A DNA stretch of 64,000 nucleotides from Candidatus Latescibacterota bacterium. GTDB taxonomy: Bacteria > Latescibacterota > UBA2968 > UBA8231. Location: positions 4,416,001 to 4,480,000 of the forward strand of contig CBDCDC010000002.1 in assembly GCA_965215195.1 (NCBI GenBank), read 5' to 3'. Both the position numbers and the translations under genes were made by a program. The notes below the pieces were generated by a model that was not told where the DNA came from, did not search any database, and saw nothing but the letters and a program-made list of their open reading frames with translations. Below, piece by piece: positions 29,376-39,867 of the stretch. Each line of letters begins with the position of its first letter. Position 1 is the first letter of the stretch.

Positions 29376-30341
29376 ATGCGTGCGGCACAGCTAGTCGCCC
29401 CTCGCCAGTGGGAAATTATCGAGACCGCCAAACCCCAGCCAACCGCCGGCCAGATGCTCGTGCGGATGGAACGGGTCGCGGTCTGTGGCAGCGACAAGCC
29501 GCCGTTTTGCGGCGTTCACAAGCGCTATCCGCAGCCGCCCGGGGCCACTGGGCACGAAGGCATGGGCGCGGTTGAAGCCTGCCCGTCGGGTCGCTATCGA
29601 GCGGGCGAGCGGGTGCTGTTGTGGGGATTTGACCGCGGGCTTTTCCAAGAGTACGTCCTCGCCAAGGACGATGGCAACTGCATCCGCCTGCCCGGCGACC
29701 TGCCCGAGGAAAAGGTGCTGATGAGCCAGCTCTTGGGCACGGTGATCCACAGCTTCTACAAGCTGGGCAACATCATCAACCAAGACGTCGTGGTGATCGG
29801 CCAAGGGCCGGTGGGACTGCTGTTCAACGCGGTATTGCGCAACTTGGGTGCCCGGCGGATCATGGCGATCGACCCACTCGCTTACCGCCTCGAAGTCGCC
29901 TGCCAGATGGGGGCCACGCACGCGCTCAACCTCGCCGAGGATCCGGTCGCTGCCATCGCCGAGATCACCGATGGTGCCATGGCCGATCTCGCGGTTGAGG
30001 CTACCGGCGTCTCCCAGTCCTTTGACTTGATTCCCGCTCTCTGCCGCCGCAACGCCCAAGTCGTATGCTTTGGCGTCCCCGACAAGGAGCACACCGAAGG
30101 CTTGGTGACGGTCAAAATGTTGGACCTGTTGCGCCAAGAACTGCGCTTGATTTTCTCGATCGGCCCCAATCCCGACCGCGACTACCGGCCCGCGCTCGAT
30201 TGGATCGTCCAAGGCCGCATTGACGTGGCACCGATCGTCAGCCACGTCCTGCCCTTTGCCGAGATTCAGCGGGCCTTTGCCATGGCCTTCGACGATCCCG
30301 AGCCACACCAAGCCCTGAAAGTCGTGCTCAAATTTCCCTGA
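29376..30341 (+). CDS. zinc-binding (MDR) alcohol dehydrogenase
   Basis: CGSD, GHE and GQGPVG motifs; lacks the structural-zinc lobe. Confidence 0.85.
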   Translation: MRAAQLVAPRQWEIIETAKPQPTAGQMLVRMERVAVCGSDKPPFCGVHKRYPQPPGATGHEGMGAVEACPSGRYRAGERVLLWGFDRGLFQEYVLAKDDGNCIRLPGDLPEEKVLMSQLLGTVIHSFYKLGNIINQDVVVIGQGPVGLLFNAVLRNLGARRIMAIDPLAYRLEVACQMGATHALNLAEDPVAAIAEITDGAMADLAVEATGVSQSFDLIPALCRRNAQVVCFGVPDKEHTEGLVTVKMLDLLRQELRLIFSIGPNPDRDYRPALDWIVQGRIDVAPIVSHVLPFAEIQRAFAMAFDDPEPHQALKVVLKFP

Positions 30342-30365
30342 CTCTGAGCGGAAAGGCATCCCATC

Positions 30366-31604
30366 ATGCAAGTCGCCCAAATCGAAATCCACGAGATCGC
30401 GCTGGCCTACCGCGACTGGATCGCCTATCCGCTCAACCACTACTACGGCCCGGCGCGCCGCACGATCTACATCGCCCACACCGACGATGGCCGGATGGGC
30501 CTCGGCGAGAGCGGGCGCACCGAGCCGCAGGAGACCATTGACCAATACATCGGCAGCAACCCCTTTGACTGGATCGGCGACGAGACTTCGCTGGGGTTGG
30601 GCACGGCCATGTACGACCTGATGGGGCAGGCCGCCGGCGTCCCCGTCTATAAGCTGTTCGGCCAGAAGTATCGGTCGTTTGTACCCGTGGGTGCGTGGAC
30701 CGTATCGACTCATCCCCAGCACATGGCCGAGGCCGTGACCCGCTACGCGGCGCAGGGCTACACTTGGCTAAAGTACCACCTTTCGCCCTTTGAAAACGTC
30801 TTTGACCAGACCGCGGCCATGCAGGCGGTCGCGCCGCCCGGCTTCAAAATCCACTACGACTTCACCATGCACGGCACGGACGACCACATGCCCGAGCTGG
30901 TGGAAAAATTAGCCGCATATCCGATTGCCGGTTGCTTTGAGGACCCGTTGCCGCCCGGGGACATCGAAGGCTACATCGACCTGCGCAAGCGGGCCAAGCG
31001 GCCCATCGTCTTGCACCACTTCCCGCTGGGGGCCACCTATGAGGTGCTAATGGAGCCAGCCGACATCTACATGCTCGGGCACGCAAAAATCGGCGACGCC
31101 ATGCGCCGTGCCGGTTTGTTTGCTGCTGCGGGCAAGCCCTTTATGCTGCAAAACGTCGGCGGTGCCATCACCCGCGCCATGGTCGTGCACATGATGGCCG
31201 CCGCGCCCACGGCCACCTTCCACTGCCACAACGATTGCGAAGTCTGGCAAAGCGACGTGGTAGAAGAGCGGCTGGACCCGATCAACGGCTTTGTGCGGGT
31301 GCCGGAAAAACCGGGGCTGGGGCTGACCTTGGACCGGAGGGAGTTGGAGCGGCTGAAGGCGCTGGAGCTGCCCGCACAAGACAAGTGGATCATCAAATCG
31401 CGCTCCAAAAACGGCGCCCGCATGTACAACATCGCCGATCCGGCCCACTCGATTTTCATGGTGCGGCCCGACCGCAACCGCCTGATGCCCATGAGCTATG
31501 CCGCGCCCATTGAGACCGAGTATTGGGACGACGACGGGACGGAGGAGTACCGGGCGATGTTCGGCCGGATTGAGCGCGAGGGAATGGTGCTGGAGCGGGC
31601 GTAG
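30366..31604 (+). CDS. enolase-superfamily (MR/MLE-like) protein
   Basis: AMYDLMGQAAGVPVYKLFG, KYH, FEDP and VPEKPGLG motifs. Confidence 0.8.
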   Translation: MQVAQIEIHEIALAYRDWIAYPLNHYYGPARRTIYIAHTDDGRMGLGESGRTEPQETIDQYIGSNPFDWIGDETSLGLGTAMYDLMGQAAGVPVYKLFGQKYRSFVPVGAWTVSTHPQHMAEAVTRYAAQGYTWLKYHLSPFENVFDQTAAMQAVAPPGFKIHYDFTMHGTDDHMPELVEKLAAYPIAGCFEDPLPPGDIEGYIDLRKRAKRPIVLHHFPLGATYEVLMEPADIYMLGHAKIGDAMRRAGLFAAAGKPFMLQNVGGAITRAMVVHMMAAAPTATFHCHNDCEVWQSDVVEERLDPINGFVRVPEKPGLGLTLDRRELERLKALELPAQDKWIIKSRSKNGARMYNIADPAHSIFMVRPDRNRLMPMSYAAPIETEYWDDDGTEEYRAMFGRIEREGMVLERA

Positions 31605-31617
31605 GGATTAAAGCGAA

Positions 31618-32859
31618 TTACCTCCAACGCGCCCTTACAGCGAACTCGATCAACTCCTTCTTGGAATTGCGCTTCCTGATCGGAACGCACTCCACGTTGG
31701 AGAATCCGAGTTGGGACAACATCTCCGCATAGATTTGCTCGACGGGGACTAAGACTCCATAAAACGTTGAATTGCCAACGATGTAGTGGATCCTCGCTCC
31801 ATTGTTGAGTACGCCGATCAGCGATTGAAAGTGGCTCCACATATCGCTGAAGTACTTCGACGCGTAGTTCGCCAAAAGTTGGCCATTCTTGTTTTCTGCT
31901 TTTCTGATTCCTGCCACTGTATCGCTCAGAAGTTTAGATTGGAACCCGTGCGATGGAGCCGTCCATTTTCCTAGTCTGCTGGTAGCAACCCCCCAAGTTC
32001 CTCCAATGGCTTCCCAATCCATTTCCCCGGCATCGCGGCCATCCACGAGATAACCGAGCCAGTACATGTATGGACGAAGCTCGCGGATATACGACATCCG
32101 GTTAGCATACGGAGGCGAAGTGATGACGCAATCGACTAAGTCGGCATCTTTTTTTGTTAGCCGGCGAGAGTCGGCGAGGTGGACGCGTACGCGACCCGCT
32201 GGATTTTTCCTCGCTCCCCCCAGAACAAAGTTCAGGTTTTTGCTAAAAATTCCGCACAAGTCAATATCGAAATCAAAGGTCGTTTGAACGCCCGACTTAA
32301 AGGACATGGATTGGTGATTAAAGGCAGCATTGGAGAGATGAATCAACGTCCGACAGAACGCGGCTAAAAGCAAAGAACGTTGCTTGGTCTGCTCGGCAAA
32401 TCTGGTATTTATGGCACCTTTCAGGGCGCAAAGGAAATCGAGTGCGGTGGCATTCCACCACCGTTTAATGTTGTGCATGCGCGGTGCTGGCGCACTCGGC
32501 GTCCTGCCGTGGCGAATGTCGTCAGAAACCGCATGGCCGACCTGAGTCAATTCGGCAATCACCTGTGTAGAATAAGTGTCGATCTTGGTGCGACTGAACC
32601 AGACCAGAAAGGGATTGATTTCCACCGTGACTGCGGAGTGCCCGCGATATGCCGCGCAGAGAGCGGTCGTCCCGGTCCCGCAAAAAGGATCGAAAACATT
32701 GATTCCAGAAATGCCTTCGTACGCTAGCAGGATTTCGTCGACAATTTTGAGCGAGTAGGCAGGAGTCAGGCGCAGCCAACCATGCCGCCCAGATTCGGCG
32801 TTGTGCTTGTGAGTGTAATCTGCTCTTTGCGCGAGTGAGCGTCGAAGCCTCTCGGTCAT
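31618..32859 (-). CDS. DNA amino-methyltransferase (probably m4C; FxGxG before SPPY, alpha order)
   Basis: DPFCGTGTT motif I and TSPPY motif IV; lower GC than flanks. Confidence 0.85.
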   Translation of the reverse strand: MTERLRRSLAQRADYTHKHNAESGRHGWLRLTPAYSLKIVDEILLAYEGISGINVFDPFCGTGTTALCAAYRGHSAVTVEINPFLVWFSRTKIDTYSTQVIAELTQVGHAVSDDIRHGRTPSAPAPRMHNIKRWWNATALDFLCALKGAINTRFAEQTKQRSLLLAAFCRTLIHLSNAAFNHQSMSFKSGVQTTFDFDIDLCGIFSKNLNFVLGGARKNPAGRVRVHLADSRRLTKKDADLVDCVITSPPYANRMSYIRELRPYMYWLGYLVDGRDAGEMDWEAIGGTWGVATSRLGKWTAPSHGFQSKLLSDTVAGIRKAENKNGQLLANYASKYFSDMWSHFQSLIGVLNNGARIHYIVGNSTFYGVLVPVEQIYAEMLSQLGFSNVECVPIRKRNSKKELIEFAVRARWR

Positions 32860-33662
32860 GGCGATGGCTCCAGCAGTTTGCCGAGAATTGAGTCAATTTC
32901 ACTTTTCAGGACATCCTGATTTCGGCTGAAAAATCCCGCCAAGTCGTAGCCGACTACCTCCCGCAGAAAACCGTAGGTCGATGACAAAGGATCTGATGTT
33001 CCGATTACACCGGTGAGGATGGACCACTTTCGAGCCCTGTATCGCAACAGGATGTCCGAGTCGATCTGCGTGGATAGGATTAAGGCGCAAGGTAGATAGG
33101 CTCGCACGTAGGCGTTCGTAGCGTTGACTATATCGGCGTTTTGCCTCTTGGAGTCCTTGCTTTTGTAGCCTTGGCGAATCTCGAATACAGTGCCCTTCAA
33201 GGTTGCAGATACGTCAGGATCCACGTTTACGAGGCTTGCCGAGTCCTTCATCCACTGGTGAAAACGCCTACGGGAGGCTTCGTCCCCGATCTTGTCCAAA
33301 ATTACCCTTCCGTCGAGGTGGAGCGTTCTCGTCTTGCCAGCGGACGTTGGGAGTTCATAAGACCAGTTCGCGTCTTCTGCAGAAAGCCCTAGGCAATCCT
33401 GCAAGATGGTGCGAACCAACTCTTCGCATCCGATCCCAATCTGCCTGTAAACGCTTGTCATACCGCCCGCTGCCTTATGTGCGGCGTACATCAACGGATT
33501 GTCAAGGCCGAACCAAGAATAGAAAGGATCGTTTCGATAAAGCTCTTGAAACTCGTCCAACGACAGGCCCTTATCTCTGCTTCCCCGTCCGAATTTTGGC
33601 CTGTACTCTGCGGATACTCGAATGCGTTTGAGCACAATCTGCAAGTATTTCTCGTCGTTCAA
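32856..33662 (-). CDS. putative type II restriction endonuclease
   Basis: Probable TTG start at 33662; PD-(D/E)xK-like LDG...FEIRQGYKSKD; ATGA overlap with the methyltransferase. Confidence 0.7.
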   Translation of the reverse strand: MNDEKYLQIVLKRIRVSAEYRPKFGRGSRDKGLSLDEFQELYRNDPFYSWFGLDNPLMYAAHKAAGGMTSVYRQIGIGCEELVRTILQDCLGLSAEDANWSYELPTSAGKTRTLHLDGRVILDKIGDEASRRRFHQWMKDSASLVNVDPDVSATLKGTVFEIRQGYKSKDSKRQNADIVNATNAYVRAYLPCALILSTQIDSDILLRYRARKWSILTGVIGTSDPLSSTYGFLREVVGYDLAGFFSRNQDVLKSEIDSILGKLLEPSP

Positions 33663-33676
33663 GAGTTCTCGCCTTC

Positions 33677-34072
33677 CTACTCGCGCTCGAATTTGAGTGC
33701 CGCCGAGTTCATGCAGTAGCGCCGGCCGGTCGGGCGAGGGCCGTCGGGGAAGACGTGGCCGAGGTGGGCGTCGCACTGGCTGCACAGCACTTCGGTGCGC
33801 ACCATGCCGTGGCTCGTGTCGCGCTCCTCGGCGACCTTGTCGGCCGCGATGGGCTGCCAGAAACTGGGCCAACCGGACCGCGAATCGTACTTGGTTGCAG
33901 AGTTGAACAGTTCGCTGCCGCAGCAGACGCAGCGATAGACGCCCGACTCCTTGTTGTCGCATAGCTCGCCGGTAAAGGCGCGCTCGGTGCCCTTCTGCCG
34001 CGTTATGTAGTACTGCTCTTCGGTGAGTTCCCGCCGCCACTCGGCATCGCTTTTGACGATTTTTTTGCTCAT
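33677..34072 (-). CDS. msrB: peptide-methionine (R)-S-oxide reductase
   Basis: [27 protein letters not shown] and RYCMNS motifs. Confidence 0.95.
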   Translation of the reverse strand: MSKKIVKSDAEWRRELTEEQYYITRQKGTERAFTGELCDNKESGVYRCVCCGSELFNSATKYDSRSGWPSFWQPIAADKVAEERDTSHGMVRTEVLCSQCDAHLGHVFPDGPRPTGRRYCMNSAALKFERE

Positions 34073-34101
34073 CGCAGCATTCCTTTCTCTTGGGATAGTA
34101 C

Positions 34102-34575
34102 CTAATCGGCCAACTCGGCGTATTGCCCGCCGAAGAAGATCAGCGGTGCGCCGCTGCCTACCTCGCCGGCCACGCATTCGCCGATGAACATGTCGTGGTC
34201 GCCAGCGGCCGCGATTTCTACTAGCCGGCAGTCCACATAGGCCAAGGCGGCGGCCAAAATCGGTGCGCCGGTCTGGGCCACTTTGGTCGCCAGATCTGCA
34301 AAGTCCTTGGGGCCGCGCTGGGCAAAGCGCACGGAGAGGGCCTCCTGCTCCCGCTTGAGGATGTTGATGGCAAAGCCCTCGGCTTTTTGCAACAAGCCGT
34401 GCATGGACGCGCTTTTGTCGACCGAGACCACCACCAGCGGCGGCGACAGGGACAGGGACATGACCGCGTTGGCCGTCATGCCCCAAAGCTGGCCATCGCA
34501 GCAGGTGGTCACCACGGTGACGCCGGTGGCAAAGCGGCCCATAATCTGCCGCTGCAGCAGAGGATCAAACGCCAT
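34102..34575 (-). CDS. flavin reductase family protein
   Basis: [23 protein letters not shown] and GDH motifs. Confidence 0.9.
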   Translation of the reverse strand: MAFDPLLQRQIMGRFATGVTVVTTCCDGQLWGMTANAVMSLSLSPPLVVVSVDKSASMHGLLQKAEGFAINILKREQEALSVRFAQRGPKDFADLATKVAQTGAPILAAALAYVDCRLVEIAAAGDHDMFIGECVAGEVGSGAPLIFFGGQYAELAD

Positions 34576-34593
34576 CGCACGGTTCCTTTCGCT

Positions 34594-35826
34594 TTAGTTC
34601 AGTGCGTTTTGATAGATGCGGGCCGCGTCGTCTGGTGCCACCGCGACCGGATTGGGTTCGAGCAAGCGCTGGACGCTCAGGGCGCTTTCGACCATCTGCG
34701 GAATGTCGGCGGTGCTTATCCCGGCCGCGCTCAGCGAGCCATAGGGAGTGTGCTGCCGCCGCAGCCCGTCGATCCACTCGGCCGCCAACTCCACCCCCTC
34801 CTCGCGGCTCTTGCCGCCCAGCGCCAGCCCGGCCGCCCCGGCGGCAAAGTAGTATTTGTCTGCTACGGCCGGGGCGTTGTGCCGCATCACCCCGGGCAAG
34901 ACGAGCGCCACGGCCGCGCCATGCGGCACGGGTGCGCCGCGCTCAAAGGAGACCTTTTCGATCCCGTAGCCGAGCGCGTGGCCGGCCCCGGTGTTGATTG
35001 GGCTCAACAGCAGCCCAGCGAGCAGGGCACAGTGCGCCATTTGATAGCGCGCGTTTGGATCGCCGCGGACTACGGCTTGCACGTACGCCGGGCAGCCCGC
35101 GGTCAGGGCGGCCCGCGCTACGGCGTCGCCAATGGCATTGCTCTTGGTGGAAGCCGTGCATTCGAGGGCATGCCCGAGGGCATCCAAGCCGGTGATCGCG
35201 GTCAATAGCGGCGGTAGGTCTTGGTGCAAACGCGGGTCCACCAGCGCGGCCTTGGGCTGTAAGTAGCTGCTGTACAAGGCCTTCTTGCCGGTTGCGTCGG
35301 CGATCACCGCCACCCGGCTGACCTCGCTCCCCGTGCCCGCTGTGGTCGGGATGCCGACGAGCGGAGCCAGCGGCGGTTTTTCGCACCGGTCAAAGCCAAA
35401 GTAATCGGCCACGGAGCCGCCACTGGCTGCGGTGCAGAGCGCGGCTTTGGCCGTGTCCATGGTGCTGCCTCCGCCCAAGGCGACAGCCACGTCGAAATCC
35501 GCAGCCGCCAGCACGTGCGCGCAGGCATCGACGCTTTGCACCGAGGGATTGGGCGCAATCTCCCTGTACGTGCCTACCACGTCTAAGCCGCCGAGGGCTT
35601 GGCGGACTAAATCGACGAGTGGGGCAATGCCCGGATCGTGGATTAGCAGCACCCGGCCCGCGCCGAGGCGGACGCACTCGGCCGCTAGCTGAGACAGAGC
35701 ACCCGCCCCGAATAGGACCCGCCGGTCGCGGAATTCAAACAGCTCTGCTAGCGCTGCGCGCCGACTTTCTGCGGCAAAATAGGCGCTGCCCGCTAGCAGG
35801 TCCTCGTTGATCTGCACACTGCCCAT
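34594..35826 (-). CDS. iron-containing alcohol dehydrogenase
   Basis: GGGSTMDTAK, IPTTAGTGSE and GLDALGHALE motifs; ATG at 35826. Confidence 0.88.
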   Translation of the reverse strand: MGSVQINEDLLAGSAYFAAESRRAALAELFEFRDRRVLFGAGALSQLAAECVRLGAGRVLLIHDPGIAPLVDLVRQALGGLDVVGTYREIAPNPSVQSVDACAHVLAAADFDVAVALGGGSTMDTAKAALCTAASGGSVADYFGFDRCEKPPLAPLVGIPTTAGTGSEVSRVAVIADATGKKALYSSYLQPKAALVDPRLHQDLPPLLTAITGLDALGHALECTASTKSNAIGDAVARAALTAGCPAYVQAVVRGDPNARYQMAHCALLAGLLLSPINTGAGHALGYGIEKVSFERGAPVPHGAAVALVLPGVMRHNAPAVADKYYFAAGAAGLALGGKSREEGVELAAEWIDGLRRQHTPYGSLSAAGISTADIPQMVESALSVQRLLEPNPVAVAPDDAARIYQNALN

Positions 35827-35931
35827 TGTGGCCTTCCTCCATGTGTTGATGCGGCGAACCGAACCTTGTTGTGCGCCGGGGATTTGTGCAATATATACAC
35901 GGAACCGCAGCCCTACAAAAACGGAGCCTCC

Positions 35932-36693
35932 ATGACCCAAGACGCCGCCCAGACGTATGCCGAGCAGGGCTTTCTCACGGGCATTGACCTGTTCAGCACC
36001 AGCGAGATCGATCACTTCCGCGCCTGCTTCGACGAGCTGGAAGCTCGCGAGGGCCGAGAAAAGTGCCAGATCGGCCTCCAAGCCCGCCATCTCGACGAAG
36101 AATTCATCTGGCAGATGGCCACAGACCCACGCGTCCTCGACGCCATGCAGGAGGTCATGGGCGCGGACATCATGCTGCTCTCGACGCACTTCTTCTGCAA
36201 ATACCCCGACCCAGAGGCCAAGCACTTTGTGGCTTGGCATCAAGACGTCACTTATTGGGGGTTGCAGCCGCCCGAGGCCCACACCGCTTGGGTGGCCGTA
36301 GATGCCAGCGATGTGGAGAACGGCTGTATGCGGGTCATCCCCGGCTCGCACAAAAACGGCATTGCCACCCACGGCGAGGCGGCCAGAGCCGGCAACCTGC
36401 TCAGCATCAATCAGGAGATCCCCGACGAGCTCGTCGATGCCAGCCAAGCCGCCGATCTAGTGCTCGTACCGGGCCAGATATCCATCCACGATGGCCAGAT
36501 ATTCCACGCCAGCAACCCCAATACCTCCAATCGCCGCCGCTGCGGGCTGACGCTGCGCTACGTGGCCCCACATGTCGAGCAGGTCGAGCTCAACTCGCTG
36601 GGCAACAAGTATCCGACCATCTTGGTGCGCGGCGAGGACCGCTACGGCAACTTCCCCGAGCAATCCGTGCCCTTTGCCCTCGCTGCTCGATAA
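35932..36693 (+). CDS. phytanoyl-CoA dioxygenase (PhyH) family protein
   Basis: WHQD, ENGCMRVIPGSH, H.S.PN and RRCG motifs. Confidence 0.9.
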   Translation: MTQDAAQTYAEQGFLTGIDLFSTSEIDHFRACFDELEAREGREKCQIGLQARHLDEEFIWQMATDPRVLDAMQEVMGADIMLLSTHFFCKYPDPEAKHFVAWHQDVTYWGLQPPEAHTAWVAVDASDVENGCMRVIPGSHKNGIATHGEAARAGNLLSINQEIPDELVDASQAADLVLVPGQISIHDGQIFHASNPNTSNRRRCGLTLRYVAPHVEQVELNSLGNKYPTILVRGEDRYGNFPEQSVPFALAAR

Positions 36694-36723
36694 TCCGCTT
36701 TACTATTACTAAAGGAATACACA

Positions 36724-37407
36724 ATGGCCCAGTACGACCGGATGGCCGTCCTCAACGCCATCTACGACACCGGTATTGTCCCGGTCTTTTACAACCAAGA
36801 CCCGGAAACCACCATCCACATCGTCGAAGCCTGCGCCCGCGGGGGTGCCCGCTGCGCTGAATTCACCAACCGCGGCGATTTGGCCTACCACGTCTTCACC
36901 GAGGCCGTGCGCCACGTGATGGCCGAGAAAGTCGAAATCATCATGGGCGTTGGCTCGATATGCGACGCGCCCACCGCCGCCCTCTACATTGCCAACGGCG
37001 CGAACTTCGTGGTCGGTCCCCTGTTCAACGAGGAGGTCGCCCGCCTGTGCAATCGCCGCAAAATTGCCTATTCGCCCGGCTGCGGCTCGGTCAGCGAAAT
37101 CGGCCAAGCCGAGGAGCTAGGCGTCGAGATCGTCAAGGTGTTCCCGGGCAGCGAAGTCGGCGGCCCGGCCTTCGTCAAATCCGTGCTCGGCCCCTGTCCT
37201 TGGACCCGCATCATGCCCACCGGCGGCGTTGATGCCACCCGCGAGAGCCTAGAGGCGTGGTTTACAGCCGGCGTTGCGGCCGTCGGCGCTGGGTCCAAGC
37301 TGATTACCAAAGAACTCGTCGCCGCCAAGGACTGGGATGGCTTGGCCGCCAAGGTCCGCCAGAGCGTCGATTGGATTCGGGAAATTCGCGCTGAGATGGA
37401 GAGCTAG
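36724..37407 (+). CDS. eda: KDPG/KHG aldolase
   Basis: EFTNRG, GANFVVGP, VKVFPG and IMPTGGV motifs. Confidence 0.88.
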   Translation: MAQYDRMAVLNAIYDTGIVPVFYNQDPETTIHIVEACARGGARCAEFTNRGDLAYHVFTEAVRHVMAEKVEIIMGVGSICDAPTAALYIANGANFVVGPLFNEEVARLCNRRKIAYSPGCGSVSEIGQAEELGVEIVKVFPGSEVGGPAFVKSVLGPCPWTRIMPTGGVDATRESLEAWFTAGVAAVGAGSKLITKELVAAKDWDGLAAKVRQSVDWIREIRAEMES

Positions 37408-37549
37408 CTCGGGGTCCTAACAGGAGGAATCCCGGCGGAGCTCAACTGTCTTTTCGCCGGCCTAACCTTGGCCAACGATGCTTTACACCCCGCGCTCGTC
37501 GGCGATGGTCTGGGCGCTGCTGCCAAAATCGAGTTACTTTGCCGAGGAA

Positions 37550-38353
37550 ATGACCATGGTCTTGACGCAGGCGCAAAAAATCCACTTTGAACAACAGGGC
37601 TACCTGCCCTATCACCGGATCCTCTCCGACAGCGAAGTACAGGCCTTGCGCCAGCGCAGCGAGCAGATCGCCCGCGGCCAAGCCGACCATGTGCCGCCGA
37701 GCTACATCCAGTTGGAAGCCGCTTTCCGCGAGGGAGACGGTGCTGGCGTGGATCGCCTCGATCAAGTGCGCAAGATGACCCACCTGTGCTATTTCGATCC
37801 CCTCTTTGAGGCCGTGGCCCGCAAGGCGGCCATCGTCGATGTTATCGAGGATTTGCTCGGTCCCAACATCAAACTCTACTGCGACCAGTTGATGATGAAA
37901 GCGCGCTATCACGGCACGGTCACCGACTGGCACCAAGATTCAGTGGCTTGGCCCCAGTTTGCCCCGCAAGACCACGTTTCCTGCTGGGTCGCCCTCGACG
38001 ATGCCACCGTGGAAAACGGCTGCATGACGGTGTTGCCGAGCAGCCATAAATGGGGGCCTATCAATCCGGCGCACAAAGCTCGTTTCCTAGCCAATCCCCT
38101 GATCCCCGAACCCGTGCCAGTGGAATTGCCGGCCGGGTCCTGCTTGTTCCACCACGGCCTCAACTTCCACCGCACCGGTGCCAATCCGACTCCCAACCGG
38201 CGGCGCGGCCTAGCCCTGCACTATCTCCGCTCGGAGACCATGTACCTCGGCGTTGCAAGCGAGGAACAGCGCCTGATGATGGAGTGCGAAAAGCCGCCCG
38301 GCGAATTTCGCTTTATGTTGATCCGGGGGCGCGAATTCGACGGGCGGGTGTAG
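37550..38353 (+). CDS. phytanoyl-CoA dioxygenase (PhyH) family protein
   Basis: WHQD, ENGCM, FHH..NFH.TGAN and RRRG motifs. Confidence 0.88.
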   Translation: MTMVLTQAQKIHFEQQGYLPYHRILSDSEVQALRQRSEQIARGQADHVPPSYIQLEAAFREGDGAGVDRLDQVRKMTHLCYFDPLFEAVARKAAIVDVIEDLLGPNIKLYCDQLMMKARYHGTVTDWHQDSVAWPQFAPQDHVSCWVALDDATVENGCMTVLPSSHKWGPINPAHKARFLANPLIPEPVPVELPAGSCLFHHGLNFHRTGANPTPNRRRGLALHYLRSETMYLGVASEEQRLMMECEKPPGEFRFMLIRGREFDGRV

Positions 38354-38511
38354 GACTTGTCATAAGCGCCGGATAGCCTGACTATCAGCAATAAGCAACG
38401 CTCTCCCGCGCCAACTTCAATACTTGCCAATCGCAACGACATTCAACGTACTTAGACCTTTTCGCGGTCTGGGATTATAAGCTAAGGGAGTCAACCCCCA
38501 AACAGGGCCGG

Positions 38512-39000
38512 GTGATGGCCCTCAATGATGGTAGGGGAGCTTTTAAGCCCGTGCGCGTAGAGCAGGTTGTTAGCACGGTGGCCGTCGGCCCCGATGGGCT
38601 GCCCCGCGGGGTGCTGTTGGAGGTGCTGGCTGGCGATTTGACCGGCGATGGCCGAGACGAGATCGTGCTCTCTAGAAGCAGTGAGACCGCGACTGCGGTT
38701 TGGTCTGTGGGGCCGAAACTCCAAATCGACTTGGCCGAAGGCGTCAAGGGCTTAGTGGTGCAGCGCAGGGGAGCCGGGGATGGGATAGAAGCGGAGGTGC
38801 TGTATGACGAGCGGCTGTTTCTGCACTCGTCGGTGGTGGTGCGCGACTTGAATGCCGATGGGGTGGAGGACTGGGTGTTCATCGGCGGGGATCGGGCGTC
38901 GGGTTTTGGGGTGTCGGTCTATAATTTGGGCGTCAATGTCGTGGTGTACGCGTTGACGCGGGAGGGATCATTGGCACGGCAATTAGTCGCTGCGGACTGA
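38512..39000 (+). pseudogene. FG-GAP/VCBS-repeat protein fragment
   Basis: GDLTGDGRDEI and RDLNADGVEDW motifs; starts mid-repeat (ALNDGRGAF) with no signal peptide. Confidence 0.5.
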
Positions 39001-39017
39001 GTACTTCAGGTATAAAA

Positions 39018-39806
39018 ATGCAAAAAAAAGGCGTTTCCTTTTCCGTTTTCACCAAAATGTGGAAAGACAAATCTCCAACCGAACTCGGAGAGTTTGTACT
39101 CGATCTGGGCTTCGACGGCATTGAACTGCCCGTGCGTGCGGATTATCCAGTGCCCCCCGAAAATGTTGGACACGACTTGCCCAAAGCGGCCAAGGAACTC
39201 GGCGCTTTGGGTGTCGCCATTACCAGTGTGGCCGGACCGACGGACGAAGCAACCATTGCGGCTTGCGGCGCTGCCGGAGTTCCGGTCATTCGCACCTGTC
39301 CAGCCATTGCTAGCGGAGGGTATTTGGCCAGCGTGGAAGGTCACCAGCGAGCCTTTGACGCCCTGATTCCCTTGCTCGACAAACACGGGGTCGCTTTGGG
39401 CATCCAAAATCACGAAGACCAATGGGTGTGCAATGCCATGGGCATTAAGCACCTAATTGACCGCTACGATCCCAGCCATATCTGCGCCATACCCTGTGCC
39501 GGGCACACTGCTCTCAACGGAGAATCCCCCGAGATGGCGATCGATATCGTCTGGTCGCATCTGTCCCAGTTCAAGCTCAAGAATGCGTACTGGCGGCGGC
39601 AGACCGGACCGGAAGCGGAAAACGTGGAGTGGCGTCCTTATTGGACCACGGGACGGCAGGGACTGGCTTCGTGGCCGCGGTCGGTCGCGGAACTGAAGCG
39701 AAGGGGCTTTAGCGGTGTCGTCTGCATGGATGCCGAATACCACGATGCAGCCTCCACACAGCGACTCCTCGCCGAAGACCTAACCTTCGCCAAATCTTTG
39801 TTTTGA
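39018..39806 (+). CDS. sugar phosphate isomerase/epimerase (TIM barrel)
   Basis: LGFDGIEL, IQNH, GH and GFSGVVCMDAEY motifs. Confidence 0.8.
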   Translation: MQKKGVSFSVFTKMWKDKSPTELGEFVLDLGFDGIELPVRADYPVPPENVGHDLPKAAKELGALGVAITSVAGPTDEATIAACGAAGVPVIRTCPAIASGGYLASVEGHQRAFDALIPLLDKHGVALGIQNHEDQWVCNAMGIKHLIDRYDPSHICAIPCAGHTALNGESPEMAIDIVWSHLSQFKLKNAYWRRQTGPEAENVEWRPYWTTGRQGLASWPRSVAELKRRGFSGVVCMDAEYHDAASTQRLLAEDLTFAKSLF

Positions 39807-39867
39807 GCGGGCCCCGACAAACCGCTCCACCGCAGCGGCGATCACAGCAGTGAACCTAGACCCCAAC

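Noticed and set aside
29391-30722. Long antisense ORFs (also 14683-15798, 26716-27681, 9873-10850)
   Set aside because: Expected shadows of high-GC coding strands; no recognisable motifs.
24901-33662. Helicase plus methyltransferase as a DISARM system
   Set aside because: Separated by three metabolic genes, on opposite strands, and no drmC/D/E-like genes.
32856-34040. 394-aa ORF as an MsrB-nuclease fusion
   Set aside because: The N-terminal extension is an alternative frame over msrB; the nuclease most likely starts at TTG 33662.
38355-38500. Intergenic stretch as an IS end or small RNA
   Set aside because: No convincing inverted repeats, TSD or known RNA motif found.
38971-38987. Possible sigma54 promoter TTGGCACGGCAATTAGT
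   Set aside because: The -12 element lacks the conserved GC and the site lies within an ORF end.
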